Shown: positions 18,983 to 28,872, counted from the first letter of the stretch. The stretch is DNA of 46,464 nt from Candidatus Micrarchaeota archaeon (GCA_028866935.1 JAGWHH010000002.1:1-46464), one strand, 5' to 3'. The notes: a model not told the origin generated them from the sequence alone. A program made the numbers and translations.

Positions 18983-19635
18983 TGAATTACTCATTCAACA
19001 TAAAAGGAGACAATTTCGTAAAGGCAGGAAGCTATGATGTTAATGCCAGCTACAAGAAGCTCGGCGCAATATGCGACGCAATAAGATACCAGAAGGCCGA
19101 AGCCGCGCTCGTGATACTTGACAAAGTAATATCCATGGAGATGCCTGTGGCATTCAGGCGCCACAACAAGCACATGGGAGCAAGGCACGAACTGGGTGGA
19201 ATAAAGGGCGCCTACCCAGTAAAGGCAGCCAAGGAAGTAAAGAAGACGCTTGTAAATGCCATAGCAAATGCAAATAACAAGGGCCTTTCAGGAAATGACA
19301 TGTTCATTGTAGGGGTATCGGCAAACAAGACACACATCGAGAGAAGGTATCCGTCAAAGGGAAGCATCGCATGGGGAAGGGGGATGTACGGACGTTCAGC
19401 AATCAACCACAGCGACATTGAGTTTGCACGCATTGAAATAGTACTTTCTGATCAAGACACAAAGCAGCTTACACACAACATGAAATACTTCATAAAGCGC
19501 AACAGCAAGAATGCAAAGAAATTGCAGCCAAAGAAGACAGAGGCAAAGAAGCCAACGTCAAAGCCCGAGGCAAAGAAGCTCGAACCACAGAAGACTGCGC
19601 CAGCAGTAGTTGCACCGGCGCAGGCAAAGGCGTGA
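18979..19635 (+). CDS. rpl22: 50S ribosomal protein L22 with Lys/Pro/Ala-rich C-terminal extension
   Basis: GAYPVKAA, NAIANA; operon position. Confidence 0.93.
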   Translation: MMNYSFNIKGDNFVKAGSYDVNASYKKLGAICDAIRYQKAEAALVILDKVISMEMPVAFRRHNKHMGARHELGGIKGAYPVKAAKEVKKTLVNAIANANNKGLSGNDMFIVGVSANKTHIERRYPSKGSIAWGRGMYGRSAINHSDIEFARIEIVLSDQDTKQLTHNMKYFIKRNSKNAKKLQPKKTEAKKPTSKPEAKKLEPQKTAPAVVAPAQAKA

Positions 19636-19639
19636 TATC

Positions 19640-20287
19640 ATGGTAGTAGAACGAAAATTCATTGAAGATCTCATAATAAAGAATAACATCTCAAAGTACC
19701 TTCAGAAGAAGCTGACTAGGGCAGGCTTCTCAAGAGTGGACATTCAAAAGACGCCTATAATCACGAGAATTACAACCTATGTTACAAACCCCGGAAAGGT
19801 AATCGGAAGGGGCGGAGAGACAATCGATGCGCTTACAGAAGGAATGAAGAGGAAGTTCAACATAGACAATCCACAGATAAGCGTTGCAGAGGTAAAGAAC
19901 CAGAAGCTCGAGCCTAGGCTTGTTGCAAAGTACATTGCAAACTCACTCGAAAGGGGGGTAAACGCAAGGCGCCTTCTCCACTCAACGATAAAGGAGATAA
20001 TGGACAATGGCGCTCTAGGCGCAGAGATAATAGCAACAGGAAAGCTTGCTGCAAAGGGAGCAAAGGCCAAGCAGATAAAGGTGAGGCTTGGATACCTTCC
20101 AAAGGCCGGGCATGTGGTAAAGCTTATTGATTCTGCAAAAGTTGCATCATATCCAAAGTACGGCGCAATAGGTATAAAGGTCAGCATAGTGCAGCCTGGA
20201 ACCAAGTTCCCACAAAGGGAGCTAAAGAAGATCGCGCTTCCCAAGTCCATAGAGGCAATAGAAGTGCGAGCGCCGCCGCAGAACTAG
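19640..20287 (+). CDS. rps3: 30S ribosomal protein S3
   Basis: RAGFS, PGKVIGRGG KH motif, GALGAEI, GAIGIKV; start ATG 19640. Confidence 0.96.
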   Translation: MVVERKFIEDLIIKNNISKYLQKKLTRAGFSRVDIQKTPIITRITTYVTNPGKVIGRGGETIDALTEGMKRKFNIDNPQISVAEVKNQKLEPRLVAKYIANSLERGVNARRLLHSTIKEIMDNGALGAEIIATGKLAAKGAKAKQIKVRLGYLPKAGHVVKLIDSAKVASYPKYGAIGIKVSIVQPGTKFPQRELKKIALPKSIEAIEVRAPPQN

Positions 20288-20374
20288 CACTCCAGATAGA
20301 CAGTAATAACATGCAGTATAAAATTCTTATTGATAGCGATGCGATTTGTAAGATTTAGTATAATAAAAAGCGAA

Positions 20375-20773
20375 ATGGGCAGACTATACCGCATTCCAAT
20401 AGAAGAAATAAGGATTAATAACACCCAATTAAATCTACTCGGCATATTGGATGACCTGGAACGTAACCACATATACACATTTTTTCTATATCCAACCCTA
20501 GACAAATTGAGTCGCAGGACCAATCCATCCCGCAGAAGCTATCTCAATGACGTATCAGAGCTTAAGAAATTGGGCTTAATTGAAAAATCCCCATTAATGT
20601 CAACAGGCCAATTTGGCGGGAAATACATCTCTCTTACTGCTAAAGGAAGGGAATTTGTTGAGTATAGAAAAAGCCTGAATAAAGCCATGAGGGACCAAAC
20701 CTGCCACCTGCCTCTAAGCCATCCCAGCAGACTGAAACTGCAAAACCTTAGAAGAAGGGGAAGCCATGATTAG
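20375..20773 (+). CDS. Putative winged-helix DNA-binding protein inserted between rps3 and rpl29
   Basis: SRRSYLNDVSELKKLGLIEK...YISLTAKGREFV resembles a wHTH recognition helix and wing; ATG 20375 lies 30 nt after a TATA-like box. Confidence 0.6.
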   Translation: MGRLYRIPIEEIRINNTQLNLLGILDDLERNHIYTFFLYPTLDKLSRRTNPSRRSYLNDVSELKKLGLIEKSPLMSTGQFGGKYISLTAKGREFVEYRKSLNKAMRDQTCHLPLSHPSRLKLQNLRRRGSHD

Positions 20774-20863
20774 GCAGCAATTTAAAAATACTAACCAAAC
20801 CAGAATGTATTTATATCAGTCCAGCAAAATATACTTATAATTAAACGCCGTATATTGATAATC

Positions 20864-21061
20864 ATGAAAATAAAAGATCTAAGGTCATTGTCGAATGATG
20901 CATTGGTAGCCAAGCTCAAGGAAGTAAGGCTGGACTTGGGCATAGAGAAGAGAAACATAAACGCTACAGGAGTGGCAAGCAAGAAGGTAAAGGTAGGGGA
21001 AATGAAGAGGACTGTTGCACAGATACTTACACTGCTTAACGAGAGGGGTGCAGGGGTCTAA
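20864..21061 (+). CDS. rpl29: 50S ribosomal protein L29
   Basis: KIKDLRSLS...KRTVAQILTLLNE. Confidence 0.92.
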   Translation: MKIKDLRSLSNDALVAKLKEVRLDLGIEKRNINATGVASKKVKVGEMKRTVAQILTLLNERGAGV

Positions 21062-21366
21062 TGCCTGAAATCTGTCCAAAGTGCGGCCTTCCAAAGGAAA
21101 TATGCGTATGCGATATTCTTGATAGGGAAACCAACCGCAAGATAAAGGTCTACTTAGAGAAGAAGAAGTTCAGAAAGTACATGACTGTGGTCTCTGGGCT
21201 TACAGGAGAGGAGCTTGAGAAGACTGCAAAGGAGCTAAAGAGGCTCCTGGCATGCGGCGGAACCTACAAGAACGGAGCAATAGAGCTTCAGGGAGAGCAT
21301 AAGGACCAGGTAAAGAAGGCCCTGCTGGGTCTTGGATATCCTGAAGAGAGCATAGATGTTTCATAA
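21061..21366 (+). CDS. sui1: Translation initiation factor aIF1/SUI1
   Basis: CPKCGLPKEICVC, LKRLLACGGT, IELQGEH; follows rpl29. Confidence 0.96.
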   Translation: MPEICPKCGLPKEICVCDILDRETNRKIKVYLEKKKFRKYMTVVSGLTGEELEKTAKELKRLLACGGTYKNGAIELQGEHKDQVKKALLGLGYPEESIDVS

Positions 21367-21425
21367 AGCAGCAAGCAGCTTTGCTATGCTGTGCGGTAAA
21401 GGCCTTTTTGTGCAAAAGTCGTTTC

Positions 21426-21887
21426 TTACGGCCTCTTTAATCCCAATATAAGTGAAGCTGGGCATGTCCTGCTTCCTGCAAATAAGTAATATCTTTTTCC
21501 CAAAATTTTAGCCCCTGCGTCAGCAATTACGTCCATAGAGATCGGGCCAGATCCAGGCCATACCTGAATAGTCCTTTCCAGGTCCATGTCAATATGGCCT
21601 GTTAGCCTTCCCCCACTGTCCCAATTATGATCGCCTTCCTCAGCCTCACTAATATTTCTGCCAGCAAGCCATGCCCATTTGCCTTTCATGAACTCCTTAA
21701 TGTCGCTATTCCTGTCAATTGCCTGTAAAAGCACATTAAAAGTTATTGGCCTAAGTGCGTTGTCCAGGAGCACAGCCCTTGTCGTACCAAGGCCTGCAGG
21801 ACCTTCGGACACGTAAAGGGTTCCACTGCTATTTAGTGAGAAGCCTTCAAACTGCCTTTTTAGGGCGCTCTTCGTAGCTATTGTCAT
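21426..21887 (-). CDS. Lineage-specific paralog family protein (closest to 44784 ORF)
   Basis: IDRN..K..MKGKWAW, DLERTIQVWPG..P, KRYYLFA align with IDGN..K..LKGTWF, DIERNVRVWSG..P, RRYYLYA; leaderless ATG 21887 about 30 nt from a TATA-like box. Confidence 0.7.
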   Translation of the reverse strand: MTIATKSALKRQFEGFSLNSSGTLYVSEGPAGLGTTRAVLLDNALRPITFNVLLQAIDRNSDIKEFMKGKWAWLAGRNISEAEEGDHNWDSGGRLTGHIDMDLERTIQVWPGSGPISMDVIADAGAKILGKRYYLFAGSRTCPASLILGLKRP

Positions 21888-22015
21888 ATAAATTAACTTG
21901 GAATTCATGATATATATTACTTTTTTGCAAACTTCTGCAAGTAGCTTTCAAACTTAAGCTAGGGCTTTATATACACAAAATTATTAACCTTATTTAGCCA
22001 TACCGTAGTGATGCT

Positions 22016-22852
22016 ATGATAGCCAAACGACTTGCCATGCTTATAGCCATTGTCTCAGTACTTCTTCCCCTATCAAACGCCATGTACCTCTCAGTAATAG
22101 GCCCAACCACAGCAACACTTAACAATGGCGCAACAATCTATCTAGGCAAGGTGGGCCCGGGAGAGAGCTTCTACGTTCTTGCACAGTCATCAACCACAAA
22201 TGCAACCGGATATGTGGTCAACATAGGCTGGGACCAGCTAAACGCAACAAACCTGCCTCAAGGCTGGACAACGCAGGCATCTCCCCTATATGAAAATCCC
22301 ATGAAGATCAAGGTTACAGTGCCGCCTAATGCGAATTACGGGCTGTATAACATAACCCTTCACGCAGTAAACGTCCAGAACTATTCAAGGCTGGGCAGCA
22401 TAACCGTCACTGCACAAGTGGACGTATCACCAAACGTATTCTCTCTTAGTGTGCAGCCAAAAAGCATCAGCTCAGGGCCCGGACAGCCTACAAACCTTTA
22501 CGTCACAATAAACAACACTGGCATATCTGACGACCCATTTAACATCAGCGCAGTCGGGCTTCCTGCATGGAACGTTGCAGATGACGTTGTAGCGCTTCAC
22601 TCTACAAAATCAACTTACGTATATCCTGTTTATGTAAACGAGCCAGGAACATATTCCTTTAACCTTACCGTAGGGTCTACAACAAACCCGGCACTGCACC
22701 TCTCCCAACACATAAACATGACTGCAAGCGAAAGCCTTCTTAACGATTACAGATCAGTGGGCCAGGGAGTAGTCCTCTCACCAGTAATTTTCGACCCATC
22801 CTATGAACTTATGCTCTTCTTGTCATACATTTACAAACTTGTAATACACTGA
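22016..22852 (+). CDS. Secreted/membrane-anchored beta-rich surface protein
   Basis: Signal peptide, many N-x-S/T sequons, Ig-like repeats (TINNTG..DD.F), C-terminal hydrophobic tail. Confidence 0.7.
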   Translation: MIAKRLAMLIAIVSVLLPLSNAMYLSVIGPTTATLNNGATIYLGKVGPGESFYVLAQSSTTNATGYVVNIGWDQLNATNLPQGWTTQASPLYENPMKIKVTVPPNANYGLYNITLHAVNVQNYSRLGSITVTAQVDVSPNVFSLSVQPKSISSGPGQPTNLYVTINNTGISDDPFNISAVGLPAWNVADDVVALHSTKSTYVYPVYVNEPGTYSFNLTVGSTTNPALHLSQHINMTASESLLNDYRSVGQGVVLSPVIFDPSYELMLFLSYIYKLVIH

Positions 22853-22867
22853 AAAGGCGCTTAAAAA

Positions 22868-23548
22868 ATGCCAAAGCCACAAAAGTCAAACAGCATACTT
22901 TATGTAAAGCTAGCAACGCTTGACGACCTTTGCAGATACGCTTCTAACTTTGACTATACTGCTTCAAATATAATATCGGTAAAAAGCAACAACAGCCACA
23001 GCCTTATGGTATTGGGCGAGCATCTGGATGGCGCGGTAATTGCATATTACATCAATACGCCAAGCACCGAGAGGATGATATGCTATACGTATCCCTCCTC
23101 AATAAGCCAGTCAGAGAACTCGCACTTTGTTACTGAAATAGGCTCTCCTCCAAACCATTTCATGAATATACTAGAAATAGACGGCAATAACCTGAAGAAA
23201 AGCACAAAGGTCCCAAAAGTCCCCATAGTCAAGGTAGGCTCAGTGGAGGAGCTGATAATCGCGGTCATAAGGAAGGGCATAGCAAACGATTACTTTGCAC
23301 AACTGTACGCGTTCAATAACGGCAAGCACACAATTTTCTGCATGTTTGATATACTTGAAGAACTCTCAGAAGGCCCAACAACACTTTACTATTCGGTGTC
23401 CGACAAAAATCCAAATTCAGGCTTCGCAAGATATAAATATACCGAGAACAAAGTTGATTTTACAGGCTACATGGGCGAGCATTCATATATGTATGCAAAG
23501 ATAATAAATCTCGCCGAGCCGTTCCCATTTTTCAAAATGCCCGATTAG
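22868..23548 (+). CDS. Hypothetical protein; stop codon lies inside tRNA-Asn
   Basis: 226-aa ORF with two apparent internal repeats (YVKLATLDDL / IVKVGSVEEL). Confidence 0.7.
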   Translation: MPKPQKSNSILYVKLATLDDLCRYASNFDYTASNIISVKSNNSHSLMVLGEHLDGAVIAYYINTPSTERMICYTYPSSISQSENSHFVTEIGSPPNHFMNILEIDGNNLKKSTKVPKVPIVKVGSVEELIIAVIRKGIANDYFAQLYAFNNGKHTIFCMFDILEELSEGPTTLYYSVSDKNPNSGFARYKYTENKVDFTGYMGEHSYMYAKIINLAEPFPFFKMPD

Positions 23549-23610
23549 CTCAGTGGTAGAGCGCCTGGCTGTTAACCAGGATGTCGCAGGTTCGATCCCC
23601 GCATCGGGCG
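23539..23610 (+). tRNA. tRNA-Asn (GTT), intronless, no encoded CCA
   Basis: Acceptor GCCCGAT/ATCGGGC, D arm GCTC/GAGC, anticodon arm CCTGG-CTGTTAA-CCAGG, TTCGATC loop; one A:C mismatch in T stem. Confidence 0.95.
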
Positions 23611-23655
23611 ATGCGCTTCAGGTTATACTCCCGTGCCACAAACTGCATGGCCCAC

Positions 23656-26600
23656 CTACGTGCACTCGAAGCCTCCAAATTTATTGCACGAAATTGATGT
23701 AGGGCAGCTTGGAGGGCACGAATCGCCGTCAATTACGATCTGATAACATAAATTACACGAGTAATAGCCCGATTGCACGGTAGTTGTTGAAAACGATGTC
23801 GTGCTTGTGGAAGAAGTAGATGTCGTCGAAGTAGTGGTGGTCGTAGATGACGATGACATTGTAGTTGTGTTTACAGCACCGTATATTTCTATATTTACAA
23901 ATGTCACCTTCCCAGCGCTGACATTCAGGTAGTTCGTGCTGTTGGTTATGTTATCGTACGTCGCATCGACCTCGTATGAGCCCGGTGTTATAACGAACCC
24001 AGTGTTGTATTCTCCCTTAATTCCTGTATACCATCCGTTATAGCTTTGCACACCTGGCGAGAATGCCATCACCTGCGCAGCCGCCGCCGGAGCGCCATTG
24101 AAGAACACTGTTACGTTCAACGCTCCGTAACCCGAACCCCCGGTTATTGTGGTAGTCGGGGTCGTGGATGTTACCGTCGTAGTTGTGCTGGCGCTGCTGT
24201 TTTTGGATACGTACATCAACAGCGGCACAGACGCATTGTAAACTCCGTTGGGCGTTGCCATTGTGGCAGTGATGCGCGCTACGTACAGACTACTCCTTAT
24301 GCCATTGCCAAGCGATATGTGGAGGGCCGCGGAACCATAGAGCGACTTCGAGTTCACGTTTGCAGGATTAGGCATGAAGGCATATGTGGAATTGGCTGGC
24401 CTGTCATTCACGTATGCCAATGACATATTTGCAGCGTACGGCGCTAGAGGAATGCACGGTAGCGTCCTGTTTGAAATGAGATACGTTCTGCACAGCCTTA
24501 CGGTTATGTTGTCAGCGAAAGACTCTCCCGGAGAAGCGTATTCTGTTGTATTTGAAAGGCTTATGTTCAACTCTGTCCTCAAATAATTGCCGGAATAGGC
24601 AACCACTGGCATAAGGTAGGATTCCGACAGTATGGGCCATCCCACGCCGATCGTAAAGTTTATTCCGTGTATACCGGGAGTTTTGCCAACCTCCCACAAA
24701 AAGTCTGCAATTCCATTTGATGAGAGGTTTGAATAGCCGTTTACTATGCGCCCAGAAGAGTATCCCTCCATTATGCCAGAAGTGGTGTGCGCATACAGAT
24801 ACCTTGAGGAATTTCCTGCAGATGCCCCAGTGCTGGCATAGCGCACGGATACATTAATTGGTATGGTGCCGTTGACAGGCGCAAGTGCATACGGATATGA
24901 TGACGGCCATGTTATATTGAATATATAGGGATCCGTATCGACTAGGAACAACGATGTTGCGCCGTTGACGCATAGTGGATTCGGATCTGCGAAAAGATTG
25001 TAACCTGGTTTAGAAACGGCAACATTGTAGCACCCACCTGCAAGCTTTCCAGTAACTGCCGTTGCTGTTGCGTTTGTGGCCCCCGAAAACACCGCCTTCC
25101 CTCCAGGTATCGATATGGACACAGAGACATTTGGTATCCGGTAATAAACTCCGTACTTCGTGCAGTTCGCAGGGTTGTTAGAACATGACCCAAACTGGAA
25201 CATAGGAATATAATCGCTGTATATTGTAACATTGCCAGGACCACTGGCCGCAGTGGTATTTGTTGTGTATATAGCCCTAGCCTGCGTGGGTCCTATAAGC
25301 TGGAATGTTATATCTGATATGCTGTATCTTTTGTAGTATTGGTTGCCTGCCAGCTCGGAGTAGATACTCCAGTAGCTGAAGTAGTAGGTCTTCGCAGAGG
25401 TTTTCACAATTTTGGGCGTGGAGAGCGACACAGGTTCCAGCACTGGCGAATAGTTAAGCTGCGACTTTGGCGAATATCCTCGCGGAGACGCCACCGATGA
25501 GTTCCCCGGTATCGTGGATGACACGTTAAGGAGCGCATATATGGTGTAGTTGAATCTCATTCCGCATATTTCGCTGCCGCACGAATACGTAGAAGAGGAG
25601 TTTGTTGCGTTGTATACGGTAAAATTGCCGACAGGGGTTTCGCCTATGGGTGCAGAGAACATATCAACGCCTGCGTTGATCAGCAGCGCAGTCTCAGACT
25701 CGTTCATAACCCCAGATAGGCTTGATTGGAACCCTCCGGTCGACTCTCCGAACGAATCCGGTCCATAAACCCACCAGGTGATCGGGAGGCTGCCTGATAC
25801 TGGGCCAAATGCGCCATCCATCGACGGAGGGACAGGACTTCCAGTAAAAGTGACTCCGAAGTAGACGCTTGGTATCTCGCTGTAGGGAAGCTGCGGGTTC
25901 AGTCCCGAAGCCGCCCATCCTTCGGCATCTATGCAGTCATCTATGCCAAAGAAATTGCAGCCTCCAGTATCATAGCTCCACTGCGGGCGCAAAGGGGGCG
26001 CACTTCCTACCTGCAGCATTGGCATTGCAGCATAATCGCCTACGCACATCGATGAACCGCCTCCAGGAGGGGGCGGTGGCGGCATGCATATTGGAGCAAA
26101 CAGCGGTAATCCAACACCCGAACTGTTGCCTTCCAATCCAGGAACTATCGACGTTATCACAGGAGCATAATATATCAGGTATGCAAAGTTATCGTAATAG
26201 CTGTACGGGTATGGAAGTGCGCTGTCATGTGGACTGAGTTCATAAGTGCCGTCAAGAACCGCGTCCATTATCGGGTCGCCAGATGTCTTGCCGCTCTCAT
26301 TCACGAACCTGGCGCTAAACTGCCTTGGGGCGTAGACAGGGCGTTTAACAAAAAAACTCGACAGAGCCGAAGAAAGCGAGCTTGCGTTGTATCCTATCAA
26401 CAGAAACACGGTCTGACCGGGCTCCCATACATTATACTTGCTTATCATTGCGCCTTTTGTGTAATTGAGAGCGTTGTCAAGCTCTGTGATATTGATGGCC
26501 TTCAGTGCAAGTTGCGCGTATGCATCATTACTGCTGTTTACTACAATTACTATGAAAGTGGAATTCTGGACGTTTGTGAAATTAGCCTCGTCAGCATACC

Positions 26601-26832
26601 TGAAATCATATTTCTCCCTTGCCAGTGACGCAAACTGGCCGTTGGCTGTCAAAACACTATGCGGTGCGATCAAAGCGAACGAGGCATTGCCCAGATGTGC
26701 AAAAGGATCCAACGCGCTGAGATTTTCTGCCTGCGTGCCAGGCGATCTCGTTGTTAGCAGGAGTACAGCAATTATAGATATTACTACCGCAATAATTAGG
26801 ATAATGGCATAGTCTAGACTCTTCTTGGCTAT
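23656..26832 (-). CDS. Large (about 1058 aa) secreted/membrane-anchored surface glycoprotein with Thr/Ser-rich linkers and Cys-rich C-terminus; probable ATA start
   Basis: Frame stays open upstream of TTG 26712 through AKKSLDYAIILIIAVVISIIAVLLL to ATA 26832, preceded by GTGGTG and a TATA box at 26864-26871. Confidence 0.8.
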   Translation of the reverse strand: MAKKSLDYAIILIIAVVISIIAVLLLTTRSPGTQAENLSALDPFAHLGNASFALIAPHSVLTANGQFASLAREKYDFRYADEANFTNVQNSTFIVIVVNSSNDAYAQLALKAINITELDNALNYTKGAMISKYNVWEPGQTVFLLIGYNASSLSSALSSFFVKRPVYAPRQFSARFVNESGKTSGDPIMDAVLDGTYELSPHDSALPYPYSYYDNFAYLIYYAPVITSIVPGLEGNSSGVGLPLFAPICMPPPPPPGGGSSMCVGDYAAMPMLQVGSAPPLRPQWSYDTGGCNFFGIDDCIDAEGWAASGLNPQLPYSEIPSVYFGVTFTGSPVPPSMDGAFGPVSGSLPITWWVYGPDSFGESTGGFQSSLSGVMNESETALLINAGVDMFSAPIGETPVGNFTVYNATNSSSTYSCGSEICGMRFNYTIYALLNVSSTIPGNSSVASPRGYSPKSQLNYSPVLEPVSLSTPKIVKTSAKTYYFSYWSIYSELAGNQYYKRYSISDITFQLIGPTQARAIYTTNTTAASGPGNVTIYSDYIPMFQFGSCSNNPANCTKYGVYYRIPNVSVSISIPGGKAVFSGATNATATAVTGKLAGGCYNVAVSKPGYNLFADPNPLCVNGATSLFLVDTDPYIFNITWPSSYPYALAPVNGTIPINVSVRYASTGASAGNSSRYLYAHTTSGIMEGYSSGRIVNGYSNLSSNGIADFLWEVGKTPGIHGINFTIGVGWPILSESYLMPVVAYSGNYLRTELNISLSNTTEYASPGESFADNITVRLCRTYLISNRTLPCIPLAPYAANMSLAYVNDRPANSTYAFMPNPANVNSKSLYGSAALHISLGNGIRSSLYVARITATMATPNGVYNASVPLLMYVSKNSSASTTTTVTSTTPTTTITGGSGYGALNVTVFFNGAPAAAAQVMAFSPGVQSYNGWYTGIKGEYNTGFVITPGSYEVDATYDNITNSTNYLNVSAGKVTFVNIEIYGAVNTTTMSSSSTTTTTSTTSTSSTSTTSFSTTTVQSGYYSCNLCYQIVIDGDSCPPSCPTSISCNKFGGFECT

Positions 26833-26938
26833 TGTTACACCACATACTAAAATACAACTGAATTATTTAAATTATTATATGTTATTTATGTCAATACGAT
26901 AAGGTGGCAAAAACCAGTCTAAAAACCCTTCTTGTCTG

Positions 26939-27032
26939 AGATGTGCCTGACGCGCATCTTATGTATCTGGAGATACGCTTCAGGTTCTACTACCGTGACA
27001 AGCTGTCATATCCCTCTATGGCACAGTGTCAC
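26939..27032 (+). repeat. tRNA-Asn-3'-derived double-hairpin repeat, copy 2
   Basis: AGATGTGC-ctgac-GCGCATCT; GTATCT-gg-AGATAC; then GCTTCAGGTTcTACTaCCGTG matching the tRNA trailer at 23615-23635. Confidence 0.75.
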
Positions 27033-27110
27033 TACAAGGATAAACGATACGGAATATCTGCAAACATGCGGTAACTAAAGATTATTAATATTTTAAGCAT
27101 TTATACAACC

Positions 27111-28286
27111 ATGAAAGCGCCCCGATGGATGAATAGAGAAGTGCTTCTTATCTCCTTCTCGGCTTTTTTCGCTGACCTAGGCTACCAGACAGTGATAGCC
27201 CTATTCCCTATACTCTTGGTTCTTGTTTTAGGCGCCTCTCCTAGCACTTATGGGATTGCTACTGCGCTAGCTTTTGGAGTAGGATCAGTATTTGGGTATA
27301 TAGGTGGCATCCTTGGGGATAGATTTAGCTACAAGAAGATAGCCATCCTAGGAAACCTATTTGTGCCTCTGCTCTCTCTTGTCGGGCTCGCAGTCAGCCC
27401 TACGGTAGCCATAGTCCTTTTCGCTTCTGGTTGGTGGGCAAGAAACTTCAGGAGCCCTCCACGCAGAAGCATGCTGGTCTTGGCATCAACCCAGAAAGAC
27501 AGAGGCAAAGCATTCGGCTTCCTTCATGCCCTAGACATAGGTGGTGGAATGCTATCTATCCTAATCCTTGCCGTTGTCCTGTTAAGCGGTATTTCGTACA
27601 GAACCGCTATCCTTATCACAGCACTGCCTATATTATTCTCCACTGTACTTCTCCTCTTTGCAAGAGATCCAAGCCATGAGCACATCGTACGCCGTTCGAC
27701 CAGCGGCAGCGGCATTGTAAATGGAAACGCTGCACGTTCTGCATACCTGGGCATATTGGTCGCAACTTTGCTGTACGGCTTTAGCTACTACAGCTTGGGC
27801 TTTCCGATACTAACTATAGCAGAGAAGTCGTCAAGCATTGCGGGAATAGGCTCATATGCAGTATATCTGGGCGTCTCCGCGGTTGCTGGATATTACATCG
27901 GCTCAAGAAAACTGAACAAGATAAAGGTCCTGGGCACTATGGGGTACATACTTTCCGGCATAGGCACGCTCGGCTTGGGGTTTGCGTATATCCTCGGCCA
28001 GGGAACTGCAGTATTCTACCTAATGGTGGCGGTCATCGGGCTCTCACTAGGCGTAATAGAAACGCTTGAACCTACTATAGTGTCATTAATTAAAGTGCGC
28101 GGCAAGGTAGGCAGCGGCATGGGCGCGCTCACGGCTTCAAGGAGCTTCGGGGTTTTTGCAGCAAACCTCATAATGGGCTTTTTGTATATGGTAAATCCTT
28201 TCTATTCGTATACTTATGCAGGACTGGTATCGGTTGCCGCTGGCTGCATAATTATGTATTACGGAAAGGGATTTAGCAAAAGATGA
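27111..28286 (+). CDS. MFS transporter
   Basis: About 12 hydrophobic helices, GILGDRFSYK motif A, RGKAFG. Confidence 0.92.
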   Translation: MKAPRWMNREVLLISFSAFFADLGYQTVIALFPILLVLVLGASPSTYGIATALAFGVGSVFGYIGGILGDRFSYKKIAILGNLFVPLLSLVGLAVSPTVAIVLFASGWWARNFRSPPRRSMLVLASTQKDRGKAFGFLHALDIGGGMLSILILAVVLLSGISYRTAILITALPILFSTVLLLFARDPSHEHIVRRSTSGSGIVNGNAARSAYLGILVATLLYGFSYYSLGFPILTIAEKSSSIAGIGSYAVYLGVSAVAGYYIGSRKLNKIKVLGTMGYILSGIGTLGLGFAYILGQGTAVFYLMVAVIGLSLGVIETLEPTIVSLIKVRGKVGSGMGALTASRSFGVFAANLIMGFLYMVNPFYSYTYAGLVSVAAGCIIMYYGKGFSKR

Positions 28287-28328
28287 TTATTTACCCTGTA
28301 ATACGGGTTATCTAAAGATCCAATGGGT

Positions 28329-28481
28329 TTACCTGCCTTTCCCACTTGCCTCTATAGACTGCCGTGCCACTTCCAGGTTGCAGCTATCGTGCTTGGAACA
28401 CCATGCATAGCATTTGTCAGCCAATTCTTTTCTATTGTAATGAAGTCCGCATATCTTACAAGAATATCCATTTTTAGACAT
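28329..28481 (-). CDS. Small Cys-rich putative zinc-binding protein (50 aa), below ORF-track cutoff
   Basis: MSKNGYSCKICGLHYNRKELADKCYAWCSKHDSCNLEVARQSIEASGKGR. Confidence 0.75.
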   Translation of the reverse strand: MSKNGYSCKICGLHYNRKELADKCYAWCSKHDSCNLEVARQSIEASGKGR

Positions 28482-28574
28482 ATACTTAGCTTGCCAATGA
28501 CTTATAAAAACATTGACTTATTGCCTATTAATCAATAAAACCCAAAATCAAAGTATTCAAAAATGTATTTCCGA

Positions 28575-28640
28575 AGATGTGCCTGTGGCGCATCTTGCGC
28601 ATCGGGCGATGCCACTCAAGTACAACTCCGCTCCACAATG
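28575..28640 (+). repeat. tRNA-Asn-3'-derived double-hairpin repeat, copy 3
   Basis: AGATGTGCC-tgt-GGCGCATCT then CGCATCGGGCGATGC (28598-28612), identical to 23600-23614. Confidence 0.8.
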
Positions 28641-28680
28641 CGCTATATGTATTTTTATTTCTTTCAACGTATCTAGTAAC

Positions 28681-28872
28681 ATGGCAAAATCAAAAAAGCA
28701 GGAAGGTATCAAGTACATTTTATACGCTGTGCTTTTGCTCTCGTTTGTGGCTATACTGTATTTGTCACAACAAATCTCGGCAATCCTCAACGTTGCAACT
28801 GGGGTCGAAGTAGTTATAGCAAGCGTAATAATGGCTTTCGCCACCTACGCCCTTGCAAAGATCTACGGTTAG
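28681..28872 (+). CDS. Small two-TM membrane protein (63 aa)
   Basis: MAKSKK basic N-terminus followed by two hydrophobic helices. Confidence 0.65.
   Translation: MAKSKKQEGIKYILYAVLLLSFVAILYLSQQISAILNVATGVEVVIASVIMAFATYALAKIYG

Noticed and set aside
23775..23870. Low-complexity GT-rich tract as a DNA repeat element
   Set aside because: Encodes the Thr/Ser-rich linker of the surface protein
26657..26857. Separate 66-aa ORF or frameshift supplying the N-terminus of the large surface protein
   Set aside because: The signal sequence is already in frame with the large ORF; an ATA start explains it
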